Source: an uncultured bacterium (GTDB lineage Bacteria; Krumholzibacteriota; Krumholzibacteriia; Krumholzibacteriales; Krumholzibacteriaceae). Taken from it: a stretch of DNA of 64,000 nt. The first letter of the stretch is position 1; each line of letters opens with the position of its first letter. Positions 60,216-64,000 of this stretch are shown here, piece after piece. A program made the position numbers and the translations under genes. A model generated the notes under the pieces. The model saw only the letters and a program-made list of their open reading frames with translations, made no database searches and was not told where the DNA came from. Location of the stretch: positions 384,001 to 448,000 of the forward strand of contig CAWBAN010000001.1 of NCBI GenBank assembly GCA_963786935.1, written 5' to 3'.

Positions 60216-60375
60216 GGCGCCGGCAATCCCGCTCCGAGCCCAGTCGCAGGGCTCCAATGGGCTCGTTCGCGGGAATGCCGGCGCCACCCGCTGACGGTGC
60301 ATGAAGGCGTGGACACTCTCGCGACGAACTCATTGGAGGCTCTGCGACTGAGTTCGGAGCGAGAGCGTCCACGCC
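60216..60375. repeat. Two ~70-bp palindromic elements in inverted orientation (60216-60285 and 60306-60375)
   Basis: Each folds into a long hairpin; the second is a diverged reverse-complement copy of the first. Confidence 0.75.
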
Positions 60376-60418
60376 ATTTCGCTTGCCCCGGGGTGTCGGT
60401 GGGCGTATCCTCGGCGGC

Positions 60419-60871
60419 GTGAAGCGATTCATGGTGACGCTCCTCGCCTCGTTCTTCCGCACGGGGTATTTCCCGTTCGCGCCGGCCACGTTCGCGAGCC
60501 TCGTGTGGCTCGCGATCTATCTCTTCGTGCCGGGGGGCGGGTGGCTCGTGCATCCGATCGTGGTTCTGTTAACGATCCCCGTCGCCATCCTTCTGTCCCA
60601 TGAAGCGGAAAAGATCTGGGGCACCGACGCCCGCCGCATCGTCATCGACGAGTTCGTCGGGATGCAGGTGACGCTGCTCGCGATCGAGCCGTCGCTTCTC
60701 ACGGGCGCGATCGGATTCGTGCTGTTCAGGATATTCGATATCGCCAAACCGTTCCCCGCCGGGCGCGCCCAGCGGCTCCCGGGCGGGCTCGGGGTCGTGA
60801 CGGACGACGTCGCGGCGGGCGTGTACGGGCGGCTCGTACTTCTCGTTCTATCGCTCTATCTCGCGCGATGA
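60419..60871 (+). CDS. pgpA: Phosphatidylglycerophosphatase A
   Basis: GYFP.AP.T..S, D...IVIDE..G, FR.FDI.KP.P, GG.GV..DD..AG. Confidence 0.93.
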   Translation: MKRFMVTLLASFFRTGYFPFAPATFASLVWLAIYLFVPGGGWLVHPIVVLLTIPVAILLSHEAEKIWGTDARRIVIDEFVGMQVTLLAIEPSLLTGAIGFVLFRIFDIAKPFPAGRAQRLPGGLGVVTDDVAAGVYGRLVLLVLSLYLAR

Positions 60872-62129
60872 GAAAGCACGTCGAAATAATCACGATCGGC
60901 GACGAGGTCCTGCGGGGAGAGACGCAGGAGAACAACGGCGTCTGGCTTTCGCGCTCCCTCATCCACGCGGGGCTCGATCCGTGGAGGATCACCGCGCTCC
61001 CCGACGACATGGACATCCTCGTGACTGAGTTCCGCGACGCGGCGGCGCGGAGCGATCGGGTCATCGTCACGGGGGGCTCGGTCCCACGGTGGACGACCTC
61101 ACGAAAGAGGCGCTCATCCGCGCCCTCGGCGCGAAGACCGAGTTCCGCGCGGAGATCGTGGCGGGCGTGGAGGAGCAGCTCAAGGCGCGCGGCCGCGCGA
61201 TGATCGAGGGATACCGCGATCAGGGGAGGGTGCCCGCCGGCTGCGAGATCATCGAGAATCCCGTCGGGCTCGCCGTGGGGCTGCGCGTGAGGACCGGCGG
61301 GGGCGGGGACACGGGCGGTCCGAGCGGCGGCGCGTGCGAGTTCTTCCTGCTTCCGGGCGTTCCCGCCGAGATGCGCGCGATGTTCGAGGCGACCGTGCGC
61401 AGCGCGCTCGGGGCGCCGGGGATCGATTCGCACATCCGGATGCGGACCTTCGGGCTCATCGAGACCGAGGTCGAGGACGCGCTTCGCACGGTGCTCCCGC
61501 CTGACGTCCTGAAGACGATCGCGATCATATCCTCGCCGAAGGGGATCGATTTCTACGTGCCGCGCGAGCCGGACGGCGTCCTGCACGCATCGAACGCGGC
61601 GCGCGAGCTCGGGAGCTACGTCTACGCCGAGGGGAACGAGCGCCTCGAGGGCGTGGTCGTGGGGCTTCTCATCGGTCGGCGCATGACGGTGACGACGGCG
61701 GAGTCGGTGACGGGGGGGCTCGTCGCCTCGACGCTCGTCTCCGTGCCGGGGGCGAGCGACGCGTTCCGCGAGGGCTTCGTCACCTACAGCAACGAATCGA
61801 AGATCGAGCGGCTCGGCGTGCGGCGCGAAACGCTCGAGGCACGCGGCGCCGTGAGCGAGGAGGTCTGCCGCGAGATGGCCGAGGGGGCGCGCCGCGCGGC
61901 GGGAGCGGATTTCGCGCTCTCGACGACGGGGATCGCCGGACCGACCGGGGCCGTGCCGGGAAAGCCCGTCGGGCAGTGTTTCATCGGGCTCGCCGGGCCG
62001 GAGGGCACGTTTGTCCGCGGATTTCAGTTCATCGGCGGCCGGGAGACGGTGCGCGTGCGCGCCGCATACAACGCGATCGACATGCTCCGCCTCGCGCTCA
62101 CCGGCGAGGCGAACGGGAGGATGCGATGA
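60868..62129 (+). CDS. cinA: CinA competence/damage-inducible protein (MoCF-like + NMN deamidase); apparent frameshift in G-run 61071-61076
   Basis: IGDEVL.G, TGG(L)GPT.DDLT restored by one extra G, LPGVP.EM, AES.TGG, TYSN..K, GAVS, TTGIAGP. Confidence 0.92.
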
Positions 62130-62692
62130 GATTGTTCTACGCCGTGAGGATATCGGACGCGATCAGGTCCGACGTCGATGCCGCGATTCAGTCGTTTCCG
62201 CTCCGCAACCCGCCGTGGCGCTGGATTCCGACCGGCAACATGCATCTCACGCTCAAGTTCCTCGGTGAGGTGGACGAGCGGATTCTCCCCGATCTCAAGG
62301 CGGTCGCTGAGGATGCCGCGACAAAGGTGCAGCCCTTCCGCGTCGCGTACGGCGCCTTCGGCGGTTTCCCCAATCTCTCGAATCCGCGCGTCATCTTCTT
62401 CGAGGCGAAGGAGGGAAAGCGCGGGCTCTCGGAGATCGCGCATCTCCTCGAGACGGGCGTGGAGCCCCTCGGCATCGAGCGCGAGAGGCGCCCGTTCAAG
62501 GCGCACCTCACGCTCGCCCGGATCAAGGAGCCGCTTCCCCGCGGCATGACGGAGCGCCTCGGCTCCGTGCCGCCGCTCCCCGCGACCGCGTTTCAGAGCG
62601 TCGACCGCTTTTTCCTCATGCGGAGCCATCTCGCCCCGTCGGGGGCGACCTACGAGGAGGTCGGGAGCTTCGATCTCGGAGGTGGGAGCTGA
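62126..62692 (+). CDS. thpR: RNA 2',3'-cyclic phosphodiesterase (2H family)
   Basis: MRLF.A, HLTLKFLG and F.AHLTLAR motifs. Confidence 0.93.
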   Translation: MRLFYAVRISDAIRSDVDAAIQSFPLRNPPWRWIPTGNMHLTLKFLGEVDERILPDLKAVAEDAATKVQPFRVAYGAFGGFPNLSNPRVIFFEAKEGKRGLSEIAHLLETGVEPLGIERERRPFKAHLTLARIKEPLPRGMTERLGSVPPLPATAFQSVDRFFLMRSHLAPSGATYEEVGSFDLGGGS

Positions 62693-63126
62693 TGTTGCAT
62701 CTGATTTCCGCCGTCGCCTTCCCCGTGTTTCTCCTGAGCCTCCTGACGCTCGGGCTCCGGGGCGGCCTGTTCTCCGCGGCCCCGGCCGTCATCGCCTGCC
62801 AGCTGGTGGGGCTCGCCGTCATGATATGGGGGCGGATGTCGTTTCCGAGGGGGAGCTTCAGCTTCGGGGCGGCGCCGACGGGGCCGGCGATCGTCCGCAG
62901 GGGACCGTATCGATCGATCCGCCATCCCATCTACGCCGGCGCCATGTTGATTCTCTGGGCGAGCGTGGCCGGGCACTTCTCGCTCGCCGGCGCCGGCATC
63001 GGCGCCGGCGCGTTTCTCTTCGTTCTCGGCAAGATCGTTCACGAAGAGCGCTTGCTTCGGGCCTCGGTCCCCGGCTACACTGAGTACGCGCGCTCCACGA
63101 AGGCCCTCGTCCCGTTCGTAATCTAG
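62692..63126 (+). CDS. Isoprenylcysteine carboxylmethyltransferase/PEMT family membrane protein
   Basis: GPYR.IRHPIY.G, EE..L...Y..Y...T..L.PF. Confidence 0.85.
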   Translation: MLHLISAVAFPVFLLSLLTLGLRGGLFSAAPAVIACQLVGLAVMIWGRMSFPRGSFSFGAAPTGPAIVRRGPYRSIRHPIYAGAMLILWASVAGHFSLAGAGIGAGAFLFVLGKIVHEERLLRASVPGYTEYARSTKALVPFVI

Positions 63127-63141
63127 CCGGGAGCGAATATC

Positions 63142-64000
63142 ATGAAATGGAAGAGCCTGTTGTTCGTTGCTCTCGCGCTTTCCGCCGCGGCCGGTTCCGC
63201 CGCTTCCGCGACGAACGAAGATCTCGCCACCGCGGTCCGCGAGGCGGAGCGGGCCTTCGCGCGATCGATGGCCGAGCGGGATCTCGCCGCATTCGAATCG
63301 TTCGTTTCGAAAGAGGCGTTGTTCTTCGGCGGAAAAGGGGTCCTGCGCGGGCGGGAGGCGGTCGCAGCGGGATGGAAGGGATTCTTCGAAGGGGCCGCGG
63401 CGCCGTTCTCGTGGGAGCCCGAGCGGGTCGAGGTGCTCGATTCCGGCAGGCTCGCGCTGAGCTCGGGCCCCGTGCGCGATCCCGAAGGAAGGCTAATTGC
63501 GACGTTCAACTCCATCTGGCGCCTCGAGTCGGACGGCCGCTGGCGCGTCATATTCGACAAGGGATGCCCGCTCCCCTGCGAGTCGAACGAGCCGGCCGAG
63601 AGCGACGATGCATCTCCGGGCGAGGGCGTCGAACCGTCCCCCGCGGCGCAGGATGAGTGCGCGCGGATCTTGAGCGCCGTGCAAGCGCTTCCCGGCACGA
63701 TGGTCGAGCGCCGCGAAGGCACGTACTACGACGAGAACGTCGAGCGCGATCTCACCGGCTGCATGATCTCCGTTTCAGGCGTCTGGAGCGAGCTCGGCGG
63801 CAGAGCGAATCCCGGCGACACGATCTATCGGCTGCTCGCCGGCGAGGGCTGGAAACAGGAGCCTCGATACTCCGCGGACGGGCCGGACGGCACCTTCTTC
63901 GCGCTGTCGAAGGGGGAGATCTGGTGCTTCGTTCGCGGGCAGTGGGACGGGGGAGACGACACGGATCCGGAGTACGTTCCGAGCGACGTCTATCAGTTCT
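63142..64000 (+). CDS. Exported NTF2-like (DUF4440/YybH) protein with an additional C-terminal domain, 3'-truncated by window edge
   Basis: Read directly (not in ORF track): signal peptide, AERAFA...RD..AF..F, FSWEP..VEVL.SG.LALS.GPV, SIWR....W...FDKG, then an acidic linker and second domain open to the edge. Confidence 0.8.
   Translation, partial: MKWKSLLFVALALSAAAGSAASATNEDLATAVREAERAFARSMAERDLAAFESFVSKEALFFGGKGVLRGREAVAAGWKGFFEGAAAPFSWEPERVEVLDSGRLALSSGPVRDPEGRLIATFNSIWRLESDGRWRVIFDKGCPLPCESNEPAESDDASPGEGVEPSPAAQDECARILSAVQALPGTMVERREGTYYDENVERDLTGCMISVSGVWSELGGRANPGDTIYRLLAGEGWKQEPRYSADGPDGTFFALSKGEIWCFVRGQWDGGDDTDPEYVPSDVYQF

Noticed and set aside
60216..60375. Integron attC sites or a CRISPR mini-array as the explanation for the paired hairpins
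   Set aside because: No RYYYAAC/GTTRRRY ends, no integrase or cas genes, and the copies are inverted rather than direct.

Overview
High-GC bacterial chromosomal segment with no phage, transposase, integrase or CRISPR array. Gene content suggests a diderm, probably anaerobic FCB-superphylum-type organism (inference only, from a secretion-type C-terminal domain, lipoprotein/beta-barrel/TPR clusters and a 2-oxoacid:acceptor oxidoreductase). Housekeeping blocks are fmt-PASTA-rpe-ffh-rpsP-khpA-rimM-trmD-rplS-rnhB-yraN; iscS-mnmA with three tRNAs; and tadA-tRNAs-large SRP RNA-dnaX-ybaB-recR-mglB-mglA-pgpA-cinA-thpR. Standout accessory features: (1) a surface-glycan locus at ~13.5-31.8 kb (two GT2, flippase-like, Wzy/WaaL-like, Wzx, two GT-C-like membrane proteins, acyltransferase-3) containing murB, a single-module C-A-PCP-TE NRPS with a Cys-nucleophile thioesterase, and a PPTase; (2) an unannotated ~115-nt structured RNA with a near-consensus sigma70 promoter (7.5 kb, minus strand); (3) two inverted, covarying 70-bp hairpin elements after mglA; (4) a minor-pilin cluster with a sigma54-type promoter whose PilW-like subunit is fused to SdrD-B and FG-GAP repeats; (5) a 2-oxoacid oxidoreductase whose delta subunit carries an inserted GltD/NfnB-like flavoprotein. 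About 16 frameshifts, one in essential murB, look like long-read indel errors, so split genes are reported as reconstructed CDSs. All calls are by eye; no searches were run.
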